Of a stretch of 32,000 nt of DNA, positions 21,601 through 31,066 are shown piece after piece. The stretch lies in NCBI RefSeq assembly GCF_017876815.1, contig NZ_JAGIOS010000004.1:197538-229537 (forward strand), read 5' to 3'. This DNA is from Sinorhizobium meliloti (GTDB lineage: Bacteria; Pseudomonadota; Alphaproteobacteria; Rhizobiales; Rhizobiaceae). The position numbers and the translations under genes are program-made. How positions within the stretch are numbered: position 1 is the stretch's first letter; every line of letters begins with the position of its first letter. The notes beneath the pieces are model-generated. The model was given only the letters and a program-made list of their open reading frames with translations. It did not search any database and was not told the origin of the DNA.

Positions 21601-24600
21601 GGTTGCGGAACGGCTGCGGCGCTGCAAGCTCATGCGCGCGCCCCTGCAGCACGGCCCGGACCTCGGCATGCATCACTTCGGCCGTCGTATGATCGCCGAT
21701 CAGATGGTGCTGCAACACCAAAAGCAGCCAGCGCCCACTGCCCGGTTCGCGCGCGATCACGAACCGCATCAGCGGCGCCCGGCCAAGGTCGAGACGGTAC
21801 TGGCGCGGATCGAACCGCCGCCTGAGCTCATCGGCGCCGGAACCATCACAGCCCTCCAGCTCGACCTCGAGCACATCCAAGGCCGCCTTGCGCCAGACAA
21901 CCTGCGCCGGGCTCGACAGACCCTCCCAGACAAAGGCCGTGCGCAGAATGTCGTGGCGGTCGACCACCTGTTGAACCGCAGCAAGGTAGCGATCGAGCAC
22001 ACCCCGCTCGGCAAAGGCCATCTGCGACATCAGGAGATAGGGGTCACCCTGGGTTGCCAGCAAATGATGGAACAGAATGCCGTCCTGCAGCGGCGACAGG
22101 CCATAGATATCCTGGATATTGCCGACGCCGCCGGGCACCGTCGACACGATCCGGTCGATCTCCGGTTGGGTAAGATCGATCAGCGGCAGCATCTGCGGCG
22201 TGATCGCCGTACTCTGTTCCGTGATCGGGTTGGCAGGCACCGCCACCTCCCGGTGGCTGCCAAGACTGGCGGCCAGATCGGCAAGCATCGGCTTTGCAAA
22301 TACGGTGCGAACCTCGACCCCGAGCGACAGCCGCCGCAGACGCTCCATCATTTGAACGGCCAACAATGAGTGGCCGCCGAGTTCGAAGAAGTTGTCGTGG
22401 CGCCCGACCTGCTCGACGCCGAGAAGCTCGGCCCAGATCCCGGCCAGCAGCGTCTCGATCTCGCCCTGCGGCGCCTCGTAGGCCCGACGCGCATAGGCAT
22501 CGTCGTCGGGGACCGGCAGCGCCTTGCGATCGAGCTTGCCGTTCACCGTCAGCGGCAGTGCATCCAGCCGCACGAAGGCCGACGGCACCATGTAGTCCGG
22601 TAGCAGGCCACCCAGATGCGCCCGCAACGACGCAGCAAGCCCGGCGCCATCGGCTTCGGCCGACCCGTCCGTCGTCTTCGCAACCACATAGGCGACGAGC
22701 CGCTTGTCGCCCGCCGCATCCGCGTGCGCCACCACCGCGGCATCGCCGACAAGCTCATGCTCCAGCAGCCGGGCGGCGATCTCGCCCGGCTCGATGCGGA
22801 AGCCGCGGATCTTCACCTGGTCGTCATTGCGGCCCAGAAACTCGAGATTGCCGTCCGGCAGGTAGCGCGCCAGGTCGCCGCTCCGGTACATCCGGGCGCC
22901 GGCCTTGCCGCTGAACCGATCCGCCAGGAACCGCTCCGCCGTCAGATCCGGACGGTTCAGGTAGCCGCGCGCCACCCCCGCCCCGCCGATATAAAGCTCA
23001 CCAACCGCCCCAAACGGAACCGGCTGACCATGGCCGTCAAGCACATAAAGCCGCGTGTTCGCAATCGGACGGCCGATCGGCACATTCGTCGATGCGGAAA
23101 GATCTGCAGGGATGTCATGGAAAGCACAACCGACAACCGCTTCCGTCGGGCCATACTCGTTGACCATTCTAGCCGCCGGCTGGATCTGACGCCATAGCTC
23201 GACCGTCGAAGACGACAATGCCTCACCGCCAATGACGAGCACCTCCACCTGACTGGCATCTCCAGCCGACTGCAGTTGCTGTCCAAGAACATCCAGATGG
23301 CTCGGGGTGACATTGACCAGCCCGCACGGTGTGCCGACCCTTGACCTGATCCCCTCGACCTCGTCCCCCTCTTTCGTAAGCAATGCATGGCCGCCAGAGA
23401 CCAAAGGCGCAAACAGGCTGTTGACCGTGGCATCGAAGGCGAGCGAAGAGGAGACGACGGATGAGGATATGGGAGCGTAGCTCTCACGAGCCCAGCTTAG
23501 ATAATTGGTCATCCCGCGATGCTCGACCATGACGCCCTTAGGCGTGCCGGTGGATCCCGATGTGTAGATGACATAGGCGAGATTGCGGGCTGTCAGGCCG
23601 AGGGCATGCGGGTCGGGATCGTCAGCGGACTGGTCGGCCCAGGCGGGCATGGCCGTATCGAGATCGACCGCGCTCAGATCGGCGATTGCCTCGGCGCCCA
23701 ACGCCGCGCGACCGGCGGCGTCGCAAAGCAGCAGCCGCGGGCCGGCATCGTCGAGCAACTGCCGCAGCCGTTCGCCGGGATAGGCCGGGTCGAGCGGCAC
23801 ATAGGCGCCGCCGGCCTTGAGGATCGCCAGCAGTCCCACCACCATCGCCGGGCTGCGCTCGACGCAGATCGCCACTGGCTGGTCCGGCCTCACCCCGAGC
23901 CCGATCAGATGATGGGCCAGCCGGTTGGCATCGGCATTGAGCGCGCCATAGGAGATCGACTGCTCTTCGAAGACCAGTGCGACCGCGTCGGGCACCCGGC
24001 GCACCTGCGCCTCGAACAGCGCATGCACGCAAAGATCCGACGGATAGTCCGCTTCCGTCCGGTTCAACTCCTCCAGCAGGTAGCTGCGCTCGTCGGGAGG
24101 CAGGATGTCCAGCTCGGACACCGGCTGCTCGGCATCGGCAAGCATCGCCCGCAGCAGCGCCAGCAGATAACCACATTGCCGCTCGATCGTCGCCCGGTCG
24201 AACAACGCCGTCGCATAACCGAGAGTCCCGGCGATGGCCTCGCCCTGCTCTCCCAGGTTCAGTTCCAGATCGAACTTGACCTGATCGAGCCCCTCGCCCG
24301 CAGCCTCCACCTGCAGCCCCGGCAGGTCCAATGACCCGCCGGTGTTGTTCTGCCAGGCCAGTCCCACCTGGAACAACGGCGTGTGACCGAGAGCCCGGGG
24401 CGGCTGGACGATCTCCACCACCTGCTCGAACGGCAGGTCCTGATGATCCTGCGCAGTCAAGGCCGCGCGCCGCGCCCGTTCCAGGAGATCGGACACGCTC
24501 GGCTCGCCCGACAGATCGATTCGAACCGCCAGGGTGTTGACGAAGAAACCGATTAGATCCTCGATCTCGCGGCGACGACGATTGGCCGTCGGCACACCGA

Positions 24601-27600
24601 TCACGATATCGTCCTGCCCGGACAGGCGCGACAGCACCGCAGCCCAGGCCGCCAGCACTGTCATGAACAACGTCGTGCCATGCTGCCGGCTCAGCCGCTT
24701 GAGCCCGCGCGTCAGAGCCTCATCGATGATAACCGGCACGCTGGCTCCGGCAAACGACTGCTGTGCCGGCCGCGGCCGGTCCGTCGGCAGCGCCAGACGG
24801 GCCGGGGCGCCAGACAGGGTGTCGCGCCAATACTGCGCCTGACGCTGCAGCCGCTCGCCGGACAACCATTGCCGTTGCCAGGCGGCATAATCCGGATACT
24901 GGATCGCCAGCGGCGGCAAAGGATCGTCCTCTCCAGCCTCAAACGCGCGGTAAAGGCTGCTGAGCTCGCGCACCAGCACCCCCATCGACCAGCCGTCCGA
25001 GACTATGTGATGCTGCGTCAGCAGAAAGACGTGCTCCTCATCCGCCAGCCGGATCAGCCGGCCGCGGATCAGCGGCTCGCGCGCCAGATCGAACGGCGTG
25101 CGCGCCTCTTCTTGGCACAGATCCAAAAGCGCGGCTTGCGCATCCGGCCTGTCCCGCAGATCGTGCTCGACCACCGGCAATCCCCTGTCCCCGGACAAAA
25201 TCTGGACCTGCGGGTCATCCTCTCCGGCGACGAACGTGCAGCGCAGCGCCTCGTGACGGGCAAACAGGCGGTCAAGGCTGCGCCGCCAGGCGACACGGTC
25301 GAGTCTGCCCTGCAGTCGCCACCCCAGGGGAATGTTATAGTTCGTGCTGTCTTCGTCCAACTGTGCCAAGAACCAGAGACGCTGCTGCGAATAGGACAGC
25401 GGAAGCGCACCATCACGTCCGACTGGCATGATGACCGGTGCTGTCTGCGCACCAGAACCGTTCAGCACTTCGCCAACACTTAGCGCCAAATCGGCCAATG
25501 TTGGCTTGGCGAACAGGATCGCCAGCGGCAGCTCCACTGCCAAGGCCTCGGTCAGCCGGACGAGCACGCGCACCGCCAACAATGAGTGGCCGCCGAGCTC
25601 GAAGAAGTTGTCGTGGCGCCCGACCTGCTCGACGCCGAGAAGCTCGGCCCAGATCCCGGCCAGCAGCGTCTCGATCTCGCCCTGCGGCGCCTCGTAGGCC
25701 CGACGCGCATAGGCATCGTCGTCGGGGACCGGCAGCGCCTTGCGGTCGAGCTTGCCGTTCACCGTCAGCGGCAGTGCATCCAGCCGCACGAAGGCCGACG
25801 GCACCATGTAGTCCGGTAGCAGGCCACCCAGATGCGCCCGCAACGACGCAGCAAGCCCGGCGCCATCGGCTTCGGCCGACCCGTCCGTCGTCTTCGCAAC
25901 CACATAGGCGACGAGCCGCTTGTCGCCCGCCGCATCCGCGTGCGCCACCACCGCGGCATCGCCGACAAGCTCATGCTCCAGCAGCCGGGCGGCGATCTCG
26001 CCCGGCTCGATGCGGAAGCCGCGGATCTTCACCTGGTCGTCATTGCGGCCCAGAAACTCGAGATTGCCGTCCGGCAGGTAGCGCGCCAGGTCGCCGCTCC
26101 GGTACATCCGGGCGCCGGCCTTGCCGCTGAACGGATCCGCCAGGAACCGCTCCGCCGTCAGATCCGGACGGTTCAGGTAGCCGCGCGCCACCCCCGCCCC
26201 GCCGATATAAAGCTCACCAACCGCCCCAAACGGAACCGGCTGACCATGGCCGTCCAGCAGATAGATCCGCGTGTTCGAGATCGGACGCCCGATCGTTTCG
26301 ACAACAGCCTGTCCCCTCGGCATGCAAATCCAAGTCGAGTACGTCGTTGTCTCCGAAGGGGCGTACAGATTGCAAATCTTCTGGACGCGCGTGCTCTCGA
26401 ATATCCTCTCGATTAGGTCTGCCTTCACCCGCTCGCCCGCCAAATTGATGACGCTTGCCGATGCCGGCACGGCTTTCTGGTTGACCAGAGCGGTGATCGC
26501 CGAGGGGACCGTGTTGATCAAGGAGGCATCCACGGGCGTTCGGGCCAGCTTCAGTGCATCCTCGACGAGGTACAGCTTGCTTCCCTGCGAAAGCGGAAGG
26601 AAACACTCGTAAACGGACAGATCAAAACAGACCGAGGTCGAGAACAGCGTGCGCCTGATCTCTGATTCGGCAAACACGCCGCCACTCCAATGCAGCAGGT
26701 TCACTGTGTTCCGATGCTCGACCATGACGCCCTTAGGCGTGCCGGTGGATCCCGATGTGTAGATGACATAGGCGAGATTGCGGGCTGTCAGGCCGAGGGC
26801 ATGCGGGTCGGGATCGTCAGCGGACTGGTCGGCCCAGGCGGGCATGGCCGTATCGAGATCGACCGCGCTCAGATCGGCGATTGCCTCGGCGCCCAACGCC
26901 GCGCGACCGGCGGCGTCGCAAAGCAGCAGCCGCGGGCCGGCATCGTCGAGCAACTGCCGCAGCCGTTCGCCGGGATAGGCCGGGTCGAGCGGCACATAGG
27001 CGCCGCCGGCCTTGAGGATCGCCAGCAGTCCCACCACCATCGCCGGGCTGCGCTCGACGCAGATCGCCACTGGCTGGTCCGGCCTCACCCCGAGCCCGAT
27101 CAGATGATGGGCCAGCCGGTTGGCATCGGCATTGAGCGCGCCATAGGAGATCGACTGCTCTTCGAAGACCAGTGCGACCGCGTCGGGCACCCGGCGCACC
27201 TGCGCCTCGAACAGCGCATGCACGCAAAGATCCGACGGATAGTCCGCTTCCGTCCGGTTCAACTCCTCCAGCAGGTAGCTGCGCTCGTCGGGAGGCAGGA
27301 TGTCCAGCTCGGACACCGGCTGCTCGGCATCGGCAAGCATCGCCCGCAGCAGCGCCAGCAGATAACCACATTGCCGCTCGATCGTCGCCCGGTCGAACAA
27401 CGCCGTCGCATAACCGAGAGTCCCGGCGATGGCCTCGCCCTGCTCTCCCAGGTTCAGTTCCAGATCGAACTTGACCTGATCGAGCCCCTCGCCCGCAGCC
27501 TCCACCTGCAGCCCCGGCAGGTCCAATGACCCGCCGGTGTTGTTCTGCCAGGCCAGTCCCACCTGGAACAACGGCGTGTGACCGAGAGCCCGGGGCGGCT

Positions 27601-30600
27601 GGACGATCTCCACCACCTGCTCGAACGGCAGGTCCTGATGATCCTGCGCAGTCAAGGCCGCGCGCCGCGCCCGTTCCAGGAGATCGGACACGCTCGGCTC
27701 GCCCGACAGATCGATTCGAACCGCCAGGGTGTTGACGAAGAAACCGATTAGATCCTCGATCTCGCGGCGACGACGATTGGCCGTCGGCACACCGATCACG
27801 ATATCGTCCTGCCCGGACAGGCGCGACAGCACCGCAGCCCAGGCCGCCAGCACTGTCATGAACAACGTCGTGCCATGCTGCCGGCTCAGCCGCTTGAGCC
27901 CGCGCGTCAGAGCCTCATCGATGATAACCGGCACGCTGGCTCCGGCAAACGACTGCTGTGCCGGCCGCGGCCGGTCCGTCGGCAGCGCCAGACGGGCCGG
28001 GGCGCCAGACAGGGTGTCGCGCCAATACTGCGCCTGACGCTGCAGCCGCTCGCCGGACAACCATTGCCGTTGCCAGGCGGCATAATCCGGATACTGGATC
28101 GCCAGCGGCGGCAAAGGATCGTCCTCTCCAGCCTCAAACGCGCGGTAAAGGCTGCTGAGCTCGCGCACCAGCACCCCCATCGACCAGCCGTCCGAGACTA
28201 TGTGATGCTGCGTCAGCAGAAAGACGTGCTCCTCATCCGCCAGCCGGATCAGCCGGCCGCGGATCAGCGGCTCGCGCGCCAGATCGAACGGCGTGCGCGC
28301 CTCTTCTTGGCACAGATCCAAAAGCGCGGCTTGCGCATCCGGCCTGTCCCGCAGATCGTGCTCGACCACCGGCAATCCCCTGTCCCCGGACAAAATCTGG
28401 ACCTGCGGGTCATCCTCTCCGGCGACGAACGTGCAGCGCAGCGCCTCGTGACGGGCAAACAGGCGGTCAAGGCTGCGCCGCCAGGCGACACGGTCGAGTC
28501 TGCCCTGCAGTCGCCACCCCAGGGGAATGTTATAGTTCGTGCTGTCTTCGTCCAACTGTGCCAAGAACCAGAGACGCTGCTGCGAATAGGACAGCGGAAG
28601 CGCACCATCACGTCCGACTGGCATGATGACCGGTGCTGTCTGCGCACCAGAACCGTTCAGCACTTCGCCAACACTTAGCGCCAAATCGGCCAATGTTGGC
28701 TTGGCGAACAGGATCGCCAGCGGCAGCTCCACTGCCAAGGCCTCGGTCAGCCGGACGAGCACGCGCACCGCCAACAATGAGTGGCCGCCGAGCTCGAAGA
28801 AGTTGTCGTGGCGCCCGACCTGCTCGACGCCGAGAAGCTCGGCCCAGATCCCGGCCAGCAGCGTCTCGATCTCGCCCTGCGGCGCCTCGTAGGCCCGACG
28901 CGCATAGGCATCGTCGTCGGGGACCGGCAGCGCCTTGCGGTCGAGCTTGCCGTTCACCGTCAGCGGCAGTGCATCCAGCCGCACGAAGGCCGACGGCACC
29001 ATGTAGTCCGGTAGCAGGCCACCCAGATGCGCCCGCAACGACGCAGCAAGCCCGGCGCCATCGGCTTCGGCCGACCCGTCCGTCGTCTTCGCAACCACAT
29101 AGGCGACGAGCCGCTTGTCGCCCGCCGCATCCGCGTGCGCCACCACCGCGGCATCGCCGACAAGCTCATGCTCCAGCAGCCGGGCGGCGATCTCGCCCGG
29201 CTCGATGCGGAAGCCGCGGATCTTCACCTGGTCGTCATTGCGGCCCAGAAACTCGAGATTGCCGTCCGGCAGGTAGCGCGCCAGGTCGCCGCTCCGGTAC
29301 ATCCGGGCGCCGGCCTTGCCGCTGAACGGATCCGCCAGGAACCGCTCCGCCGTCAGATCCGGACGGTTCAGGTAGCCGCGCGCCACCCCCGCCCCGCCGA
29401 TATAAAGCTCACCAACCGCCCCAAACGGAACCGGCTGACCATGGCCGTCAAGCACATAAAGCCGCGTGTTCGCAATCGGACGGCCGATCGGCACATACCG
29501 GTGAGGCGCCTCAATTCTCGTGTCGGTAAGAAAGGTGGTCGCCCAAATCGTAGTCTCCGTCGGACCATAAAGATTTCTGAGAGATTTTACCCTTCTGCCG
29601 AGGTTCGAGGCCAGTTCTGAAGGCAACGCTTCGCCGCCACACAACGCACTTAAATCGGGCGCACCCTCCCAGCCGGCGTCGAAGAGCATACGCCACGCCG
29701 CGGGGGTCGCCTGCATCACAGTTATCTTCTGATGGGATAGATACCGCTGTAATCCAATAACACTGGTTCCGTGAGCAACAACGACGTTAGCTCCCACGGC
29801 CAGTGGCAGATAGAGTTCCAGCCCCGCAATGTCGAAAGAGATCGTCGTGATCGCGAGGAGTGAATCGCGCTCTGTGAGGCCCGATACATCTAAAAGAGCG
29901 CGTAGAACATTGAGAACACTTGCATGCTCGACCATGACGCCCTTAGGCGTGCCGGTGGATCCCGATGTGTAGATGACATAGGCGAGATTGCGGGCTGTCA
30001 GGCCGAGGGCATGCGGGTCGGGATCGTCAGCGGACTGGTCGGCCCAAGCGGGCATGGCCGCATCGAGATCGACCGCGCTCAGATCGGCGATTGCCTCGGC
30101 GCCCAACGCCGCGCGACCGGCGGCGTCGCAAAGCAGCAGCCGCGGGCCGGCATCGTCGAGCAACTGCCGCAGCCGTTCGCCGGGATAGGCCGGGTCGAGC
30201 GGCACATAGGCGCCGCCGGCCTTGAGGATCGCCAGCAGTCCCACCACCATCGCCGGGCTGCGCTCGACGCAGATCGCCACTGGCTGGTCCGGCCTCACCC
30301 CGAGCCCGATCAGATGATGGGCCAGCCGGTTGGCATCGGCATTGAGCGCGCCATAGGAGATCGACTGCTCTTCGAAGACCAGTGCGACCGCGTCGGGCAC
30401 CCGGCGCACCTGCGCCTCGAACAGCGCATGCACGCAAAGATCCGACGGATAGTCCGCTTCCGTCCGGTTCAACTCCTCCAGCAGGTAGCTGCGCTCCTCA
30501 GCCGGAAGAATGTCGAGCTCGCGCACCGGCCTATCGGGCGCTTGCTCCAGCGCGTCGACCAGTTGCTCGAGCGCCCGCTGCATATAGCCGCAGATCCGAT

Positions 30601-31066
30601 CGGCGGAGATCGGTTCGACCGCATCCGCCGTGAGCCCCAGCTCCTGACCAAAATCATCCACCGACAATGTCAGCGGGTAGTTGGTCCGTTCCTCGCCCCC
30701 CAGCCATTCCATGCCGGACAGCACGTCGCTTGTTCCCTCGCCGGCCATGGCCGGCGTGTTGTGGCGATAGTTCAGCAGCGCACTGAACAGTGGCGCTGGT
30801 GCGGCAATATCGCTGCAGCGTTGCGCCAATGCCAGCGAGGCATGCTCGTGTGAGAGCAATTCGGCCAGACGGGCGTGGGCGATACGCACACTTTCCTCGA
30901 CCCCGGTCTCATCCAGATCCAGCCGCAACGGCAAGGTATTCATGAACAAGCCCATGGCACGGTCGGCGCCGGCACCCCATGCATGCGGCCGAACAGCACC
31001 GTGCCGAACACCACCTGCTCGCGCCCGCTGCTCAGCGCCACCACCTGGGCCCAGGCCAGATGGCAA
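15665..31066 (-). CDS. Non-ribosomal peptide synthetase, gene 1, main open frame (5133 aa): [C/E C-terminal part]-A(Gly)-T-C-A(Cys)-T-C-A(orphan code)-T-C/E-A(Leu-like)-T-C/E-A(Cys)-T-docking tail
   Basis: ORF-track translation carries repeated NRPS core motifs: [21 protein letters not shown] (A3), [15 protein letters not shown] (A6), [37 protein letters not shown] (A7/A8), [10 protein letters not shown] (A10), [11 protein letters not shown] (T), and HHIVSDGWS or HHLIGDH (C). The Met at 31066 and about 30 following residues are out-of-frame read-through, not a real start. NRPS homology in this frame begins at about 30977. Confidence 0.9.
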   Translation of the reverse strand: MPSGLGPGGGAEQRARAGGVRHGAVRPHAWGAGADRAMGLFMNTLPLRLDLDETGVEESVRIAHARLAELLSHEHASLALAQRCSDIAAPAPLFSALLNYRHNTPAMAGEGTSDVLSGMEWLGGEERTNYPLTLSVDDFGQELGLTADAVEPISADRICGYMQRALEQLVDALEQAPDRPVRELDILPAEERSYLLEELNRTEADYPSDLCVHALFEAQVRRVPDAVALVFEEQSISYGALNADANRLAHHLIGLGVRPDQPVAICVERSPAMVVGLLAILKAGGAYVPLDPAYPGERLRQLLDDAGPRLLLCDAAGRAALGAEAIADLSAVDLDAAMPAWADQSADDPDPHALGLTARNLAYVIYTSGSTGTPKGVMVEHASVLNVLRALLDVSGLTERDSLLAITTISFDIAGLELYLPLAVGANVVVAHGTSVIGLQRYLSHQKITVMQATPAAWRMLFDAGWEGAPDLSALCGGEALPSELASNLGRRVKSLRNLYGPTETTIWATTFLTDTRIEAPHRYVPIGRPIANTRLYVLDGHGQPVPFGAVGELYIGGAGVARGYLNRPDLTAERFLADPFSGKAGARMYRSGDLARYLPDGNLEFLGRNDDQVKIRGFRIEPGEIAARLLEHELVGDAAVVAHADAAGDKRLVAYVVAKTTDGSAEADGAGLAASLRAHLGGLLPDYMVPSAFVRLDALPLTVNGKLDRKALPVPDDDAYARRAYEAPQGEIETLLAGIWAELLGVEQVGRHDNFFELGGHSLLAVRVLVRLTEALAVELPLAILFAKPTLADLALSVGEVLNGSGAQTAPVIMPVGRDGALPLSYSQQRLWFLAQLDEDSTNYNIPLGWRLQGRLDRVAWRRSLDRLFARHEALRCTFVAGEDDPQVQILSGDRGLPVVEHDLRDRPDAQAALLDLCQEEARTPFDLAREPLIRGRLIRLADEEHVFLLTQHHIVSDGWSMGVLVRELSSLYRAFEAGEDDPLPPLAIQYPDYAAWQRQWLSGERLQRQAQYWRDTLSGAPARLALPTDRPRPAQQSFAGASVPVIIDEALTRGLKRLSRQHGTTLFMTVLAAWAAVLSRLSGQDDIVIGVPTANRRRREIEDLIGFFVNTLAVRIDLSGEPSVSDLLERARRAALTAQDHQDLPFEQVVEIVQPPRALGHTPLFQVGLAWQNNTGGSLDLPGLQVEAAGEGLDQVKFDLELNLGEQGEAIAGTLGYATALFDRATIERQCGYLLALLRAMLADAEQPVSELDILPPDERSYLLEELNRTEADYPSDLCVHALFEAQVRRVPDAVALVFEEQSISYGALNADANRLAHHLIGLGVRPDQPVAICVERSPAMVVGLLAILKAGGAYVPLDPAYPGERLRQLLDDAGPRLLLCDAAGRAALGAEAIADLSAVDLDTAMPAWADQSADDPDPHALGLTARNLAYVIYTSGSTGTPKGVMVEHRNTVNLLHWSGGVFAESEIRRTLFSTSVCFDLSVYECFLPLSQGSKLYLVEDALKLARTPVDASLINTVPSAITALVNQKAVPASASVINLAGERVKADLIERIFESTRVQKICNLYAPSETTTYSTWICMPRGQAVVETIGRPISNTRIYLLDGHGQPVPFGAVGELYIGGAGVARGYLNRPDLTAERFLADPFSGKAGARMYRSGDLARYLPDGNLEFLGRNDDQVKIRGFRIEPGEIAARLLEHELVGDAAVVAHADAAGDKRLVAYVVAKTTDGSAEADGAGLAASLRAHLGGLLPDYMVPSAFVRLDALPLTVNGKLDRKALPVPDDDAYARRAYEAPQGEIETLLAGIWAELLGVEQVGRHDNFFELGGHSLLAVRVLVRLTEALAVELPLAILFAKPTLADLALSVGEVLNGSGAQTAPVIMPVGRDGALPLSYSQQRLWFLAQLDEDSTNYNIPLGWRLQGRLDRVAWRRSLDRLFARHEALRCTFVAGEDDPQVQILSGDRGLPVVEHDLRDRPDAQAALLDLCQEEARTPFDLAREPLIRGRLIRLADEEHVFLLTQHHIVSDGWSMGVLVRELSSLYRAFEAGEDDPLPPLAIQYPDYAAWQRQWLSGERLQRQAQYWRDTLSGAPARLALPTDRPRPAQQSFAGASVPVIIDEALTRGLKRLSRQHGTTLFMTVLAAWAAVLSRLSGQDDIVIGVPTANRRRREIEDLIGFFVNTLAVRIDLSGEPSVSDLLERARRAALTAQDHQDLPFEQVVEIVQPPRALGHTPLFQVGLAWQNNTGGSLDLPGLQVEAAGEGLDQVKFDLELNLGEQGEAIAGTLGYATALFDRATIERQCGYLLALLRAMLADAEQPVSELDILPPDERSYLLEELNRTEADYPSDLCVHALFEAQVRRVPDAVALVFEEQSISYGALNADANRLAHHLIGLGVRPDQPVAICVERSPAMVVGLLAILKAGGAYVPLDPAYPGERLRQLLDDAGPRLLLCDAAGRAALGAEAIADLSAVDLDTAMPAWADQSADDPDPHALGLTARNLAYVIYTSGSTGTPKGVMVEHRGMTNYLSWARESYAPISSSVVSSSLAFDATVNSLFAPLVSGGHALLTKEGDEVEGIRSRVGTPCGLVNVTPSHLDVLGQQLQSAGDASQVEVLVIGGEALSSSTVELWRQIQPAARMVNEYGPTEAVVGCAFHDIPADLSASTNVPIGRPIANTRLYVLDGHGQPVPFGAVGELYIGGAGVARGYLNRPDLTAERFLADRFSGKAGARMYRSGDLARYLPDGNLEFLGRNDDQVKIRGFRIEPGEIAARLLEHELVGDAAVVAHADAAGDKRLVAYVVAKTTDGSAEADGAGLAASLRAHLGGLLPDYMVPSAFVRLDALPLTVNGKLDRKALPVPDDDAYARRAYEAPQGEIETLLAGIWAELLGVEQVGRHDNFFELGGHSLLAVQMMERLRRLSLGVEVRTVFAKPMLADLAASLGSHREVAVPANPITEQSTAITPQMLPLIDLTQPEIDRIVSTVPGGVGNIQDIYGLSPLQDGILFHHLLATQGDPYLLMSQMAFAERGVLDRYLAAVQQVVDRHDILRTAFVWEGLSSPAQVVWRKAALDVLEVELEGCDGSGADELRRRFDPRQYRLDLGRAPLMRFVIAREPGSGRWLLLVLQHHLIGDHTTAEVMHAEVRAVLQGRAHELAAPQPFRNLVAQARLGMDAKAHEAFFREMLADIDEPTLPFALSEVYGDGRGSREARRMLPQALNDRLRHQARRLGVSLASLCHLAWAQVVALSSGREQVVFGTVLFGRMHAGAGADRAMGLFMNTLPLRLDLDETGVEESVRIAHARLAELLSHEHASLALAQRCSDIAAPAPLFSALLNYRHNTPAMAGEGTSDVLSGMEWLGGEERTNYPLTLSVDDFGQELGLTADAVEPISADRICGYMQRALEQLVDALERAPDRPVRELDILPAEERSYLLEELNRTEADYPSDLCVHALFEAQVRRVPDAVALVFEEQSISYGALNADANRLAHHLIGLGVRPDQPVAICVERSPAMVVGLLAILKAGGAYVPLDPAYPGERLRQLLDDAGPRLLLCDAAGRAALGAEAIADLSAVDLDTAMPAWADQSADDPDPHALGLTARNLAYVIYTSGSTGTPKGVMVEHQSLVNLTAWHVQTFCPQPETCCTLTAGVAFDASAWELWSALYNRSTLLLPPRPAAGDPLLLLQWWRDQPLDAAFLVTPLAATALEGELVTPLLEYLLIGGDRLQRVPSRLPSPLKLINNYGPTEVTVVATSGQLFSDAVPHIGRPIANTRLYVLDGHGQPVPFGAVGELYIGGAGVARGYLNRPDLTAERFLADPFSGKAGARMYRSGDLARYLPDGNLEFLGRNDDQVKIRGFRIEPGEIAARLLEHELVGDAAVVAHADAAGDKRLVAYVVAKTTDGSAEADGAGLAASLRAHLGGLLPDYMVPSAFVRLDALPLTVNGKLDRKALPVPDDDAYARRAYEAPQGEIETLLAGIWAELLGVEQVGRHDNFFELGGHSLLAVQMMERLRRLSLGVEVRTVFAKPMLADLAASLGSHREVAVPANPITEQSTAITPQMLPLIDLTQPEIDRIVSTVPGGVGNIQDIYGLSPLQDGILFHHLLATQGDPYLLMSQMAFAERGVLDRYLAAVQQVVDRHDILRTAFVWEGLSSPAQVVWRKAALDVLEVELEGCDGSGADELRRRFDPRQYRLDLGRAPLMRFVIAREPGSGRWLLLVLQHHLIGDHTTAEVMHAEVRAVLQGRAHELAAPQPFRNLVAQARLGMDAKAHEAFFREMLADIDEPTLPFALSEVYGDGRGSREARRMLPQALNDRLRHQARRLGVSLASLCHLAWAQVVALSSGREQVVFGTVLFGRMHAGAGADRAMGLFMNTLPLRLDLDETGVEESVRIAHARLAELLSHEHASLALAQRCSDIAAPAPLFSALLNYRHNTPAMAGEGTSDVLSGMEWLGGEERTNYPLTLSVDDFGQELGLTADAVEPISADRICGYMQRALEQLVDALERAPDRPVRELDILPAEERSYLLEELNRTEADYPSDLCVHALFEAQVRRVPDAVALVFEEQSISYGALNADANRLAHHLIGLGVRPDQPVAICVERSPAMVVGLLAILKAGGAYVPLDPAYPGERLRQLLDDAGPRLLLCDAAGRAALGAEAIADLSAVDLDTAMPAWADQSADDPDPHALGLTARNLAYVIYTSGSTGTPKGVMVEHRNTVNLLHWSGGVFAESEIRRTLFSTSVCFDLSVYECFLPLSQGSKLYLVEDALKLARTPVDASLINTVPSAITALVNQKAVPASASVINLAGERVKADLIERIFESTRVQKICNLYAPSETTTYSTWICMPRGQAVVETIGRPISNTRIYLLDGHGQPVPFGAVGELYIGGAGVARGYLNRPDLTAERFLADPFSGKAGARMYRSGDLARYLPDGNLEFLGRNDDQVKIRGFRIEPGEIAARLLEHELVGDAAVVAHADAAGDKRLVAYVVAKTTDGSAEADGAGLAASLRAHLGGLLPDYMVPSAFVRLDALPLTVNGKLDRKALPVPDDDAYARRAYEAPQGEIETLLAGIWAELLGVERVGRHDNFFELGGHSLLAVRVLVRLTEALAVELPLAILFAKPTLAELARESSISLIAQEFDSHELQKLLSSRSLK
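15668..15757 (-). other. C-terminal 30-aa tail of gene 1 after the T domain: putative donor docking element
   Basis: [30 protein letters not shown]. Too short for a TE or R domain, and it replaces the normal in-cis T-C linker. Confidence 0.5.
15675..15679 (-). promoter_or_regulatory. Shine-Dalgarno AGGAG for gene 2, 6 nt upstream of ATG 15668, inside the end of gene 1
   Basis: The minus strand reads TAGGAGTCTGAAATGA. The ATG and the gene 1 TGA overlap (ATGA), implying translational coupling. Confidence 0.7.
15758..15964 (-). other. Thiolation domain, module 5, type 1 (last domain of gene 1)
   Basis: [48 protein letters not shown]. Ser codon 15848..15850. Confidence 0.85.
15997..17499 (-). 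other. Adenylation domain, module 5; specificity core 16520..16978; code DLYNNALTYK = Cys-type
   Basis: Same core translation as module 2 ([21 protein letters not shown]...[22 protein letters not shown]). Confidence 0.72.
17575..18939 (-). other. Condensation domain, dual C/E-like type, module 5
   Basis: Same translation as the module 4 copy. HHLLATQGD at 18782..18808; HH of HHLIGDH at 18443..18448. Confidence 0.7.
19003..19222 (-). other. Thiolation domain, module 4, type 2
   Basis: [37 protein letters not shown]. Ser codon 19106..19108. Confidence 0.85.
19255..20760 (-). other. Adenylation domain, module 4; specificity core 19817..20239; code DAWLLGNVVK = Leu-like
   Basis: Core motifs are [30 protein letters not shown] and [14 protein letters not shown]. 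The code is one position (278, L for F) from the Leu code DAWFLGNVVK. Confidence 0.65.
20836..22200 (-). other. Condensation domain, dual C/E-like type, module 4
   Basis: N-terminal [10 protein letters not shown] at 22043..22069, [10 protein letters not shown] (HH at 21704..21709), [12 protein letters not shown] (C5-like). Confidence 0.7.
22264..22483 (-). other. Thiolation domain, module 3, type 2 (precedes a C/E-like domain)
   Basis: ...[41 protein letters not shown]. Ser codon 22367..22369. Confidence 0.85.
22516..24039 (-). other. Adenylation domain, module 3; specificity core 23078..23518; code DANNVGEVGK (no assignment; Asn-like scaffold)
   Basis: Core motifs are [30 protein letters not shown] and [14 protein letters not shown]. 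The code differs from the Asn code DATKVGEVGK only at positions 239 and 278. Confidence 0.7.
24115..25415 (-). other. Condensation domain, LCL-like, module 3
   Basis: Same translation as the module 2 C domain. HH of HHIVSDGWS is at 25007..25012. Confidence 0.8.
25480..25699 (-). other. Thiolation domain, module 2, type 1
   Basis: Same sequence as the module 1 T domain. Ser codon 25583..25585. Confidence 0.85.
25732..27234 (-). other. Adenylation domain, module 2; specificity core 26255..26713; code DLYNNALTYK = Cys-type
   Basis: Core motifs are [29 protein letters not shown] and [14 protein letters not shown]. The same core translation occurs in modules 5 and 7. Confidence 0.72.
27310..28610 (-). 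other. Condensation domain, LCL-like, module 2
   Basis: Motifs: [13 protein letters not shown] (C1), RHEALRCTF (C2), [10 protein letters not shown] (C3; HH at 28202..28207), YPDYAAWQ (C4), [11 protein letters not shown] (C5), HQDLPFEQV (C6). Confidence 0.8.
28675..28894 (-). other. Thiolation (PCP) domain, module 1, type 1 (precedes an LCL domain)
   Basis: [65 protein letters not shown]. The Ser codon is at 28778..28780. Confidence 0.85.
28927..30444 (-). other. Adenylation domain, module 1; specificity core 29489..29923; code DILQLGLIWK = Gly
   Basis: Core motifs are [28 protein letters not shown] and [14 protein letters not shown]. Hand alignment to GrsA-PheA positions 235/236/239/278/299/301/322/330/331, with K517 in the constant block, gives the textbook Gly code. 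Domain edges are approximate. Confidence 0.8.

Larger units (their letters stand above)
20240..23038. repeat. 2799-bp scaffold unit, C/E type (A C-terminal part + T type 2 + C/E-like + A N-terminal part)
   Basis: Three full copies with identical shadow-ORF translations, for example the 392-aa + strand ORFs at 1668, 17930 and 21191. Confidence 0.85.
19524..26254. repeat. 6.7-kb direct segmental duplication, copy B
   Basis: Partner of 1..6731. Both copies share a private substitution (c at 3394 / 22917, Pro to Arg in [10 protein letters not shown]) that is absent from the other module copies. Confidence 0.9.
23519..26254. repeat. 2736-bp scaffold unit, LCL type
   Basis: As for 26714..29449. 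Confidence 0.85.
26714..29449. repeat. 2736-bp inter-core scaffold unit, LCL type (A C-terminal part + T type 1 + LCL + A N-terminal part)
   Basis: Runs from the Asp codon of [10 protein letters not shown] of one module to the His codon of GVMVEH of the next. Same length and near-identical translations in 5 copies. Confidence 0.85.

Noticed and set aside
27310-28610. Heterocyclisation (Cy) domain in front of the Cys modules, implying thiazoline formation.
   Set aside because: The upstream domains carry HHIVSDGWS (or HHLIGDH before module 5), not the DxxxxD Cy motif. The same LCL sequence also precedes the Thr, Asn and orphan-code modules.
30970-30985. Programmed ribosomal frameshift at the gene 1 interruption.
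   Set aside because: I see no slippery heptamer or downstream structure. The three other copies of the same sequence are simply in frame with one extra base. A mutation or a consensus error explains it better.
30978-31066. Met at 31066 as the start codon of the 5133-aa ORF.
   Set aside because: The first ~30 residues ([31 protein letters not shown]...) are an out-of-frame reading of the C/E domain that the overlapping ORF 30940..32000 encodes. NRPS sequence in this frame starts only after the 1-nt deletion, in the middle of a domain.
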